Below are positions 63,836 through 64,000 of a stretch of 64,000 bases of DNA, piece by piece. Source of the DNA: an uncultured Acidobacteriota bacterium. GTDB lineage: Bacteria > Acidobacteriota > UBA4820 > DSQY01. The DNA lies in contig CAVRTJ010000003.1 of assembly GCA_963724125.1 (NCBI GenBank), positions 1,107 to 65,106 of the forward strand, written 5' to 3'. Each line of letters begins with the position of its first letter. Position 1 is the first letter of the stretch. Below the pieces are notes generated by a model. The model did no database searches and was not told the origin of the DNA. It worked only from the letters and a program-made list of their open reading frames with translations. The position numbers were made by a program, and so were the translations under genes.

Positions 63836-64000
63836 ATGGAGATGGAAGCGACTCTGACCGCCATCACGCCCGGACTTCTTCGGCTGGCCCTAGGCCTGAC
63901 GGGCAACCGCCCCGACGCGGAGGATCTCGTGCAGGAGGCGCTCGCGGCGCTCGTACGGTTCTGGCGGACGAAGGGCCCGCCCGAGTCCCCGGCCGCCTTC
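63836..64000 (+). CDS. ECF-type RNA polymerase sigma-70 family factor, N-terminal part (3' end outside window)
   Basis: ATG 63836. The frame stays open to the window end. MEMEATLTAITPGLLRLALGLTGNRPDAEDLVQEALAALVRFWR is a typical sigma region 2.1-2.2. It is absent from the ORF track because there is no stop in the window. Confidence 0.6.
   Translation, partial: MEMEATLTAITPGLLRLALGLTGNRPDAEDLVQEALAALVRFWRTKGPPESPAAF

Overview
The window is 64 kb of high-GC bacterial chromosome. The gene content would fit an Acidobacteriota-like soil or sediment bacterium: a tricorn-like S41 protease, a large BNR/sortilin-type protein, PRC-barrel and DUF2934 proteins, and several FHA/PP2C signalling proteins. 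That placement is inference only.

Layout:
- 1-13 kb: a co-directional sugar-phosphate block with zwf(partial)-pgm-HAD-MFS sugar porter-ackA-PRC barrel-phosphoketolase(xfp)-class I fba-tpiA-pgi.
- 14-26.4 kb: PBP1A, an IS1182-like transposase remnant, ispG, an FHA-GAF-PP2C phosphatase, small membrane proteins and a tricorn-like protease.
- 26.5-29.5 kb: a visibly lower-GC islet holding a secreted protein and two tandem paralogous membrane-protein genes. The paralogs share about 730 bp of near-identical DNA but have unrelated 3' ends.
- 30-46 kb: a long KamA-family radical SAM gene, an OtsA-OtsB fusion, a DUF481 outer-membrane protein, an alpha/beta hydrolase, pcm, an adhesin-like protein, FHA-EAL, sod, dienelactone hydrolase, mntP and a ~1100-aa BNR protein.
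- 46-49 kb: an operon of unknown function.
- 49.4-53.4 kb: GntR regulator, glycyl-radical activase and glycyl radical enzyme.
- 53.8-59 kb: a second FHA-GAF-PP2C and several small unknown genes.
- 59.4 kb: an uninterrupted 60-nt poly(T).
- 59.5-63.7 kb: a Tes/GDGT-MAS-like (COG1964) radical SAM gene, a B12-binding radical SAM gene and a PHP esterase, all readable only by stitching frames.
- 63.8 kb to the end: the start of an ECF sigma factor.

I found no rRNA, tRNA or CRISPR array.

Two window-wide observations stand out:
- About a dozen genes need frame changes to be read, and these disruptions are strongly clustered rather than uniform.
- At least seven intergenic regions are built from a shared mosaic of short repeat modules, including heptamer-phased tracts, a CCTTCGAAGG-centred box and small hairpins.

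All coordinates of frame changes are approximate, because they were derived by eye from the ORF track and the DNA.
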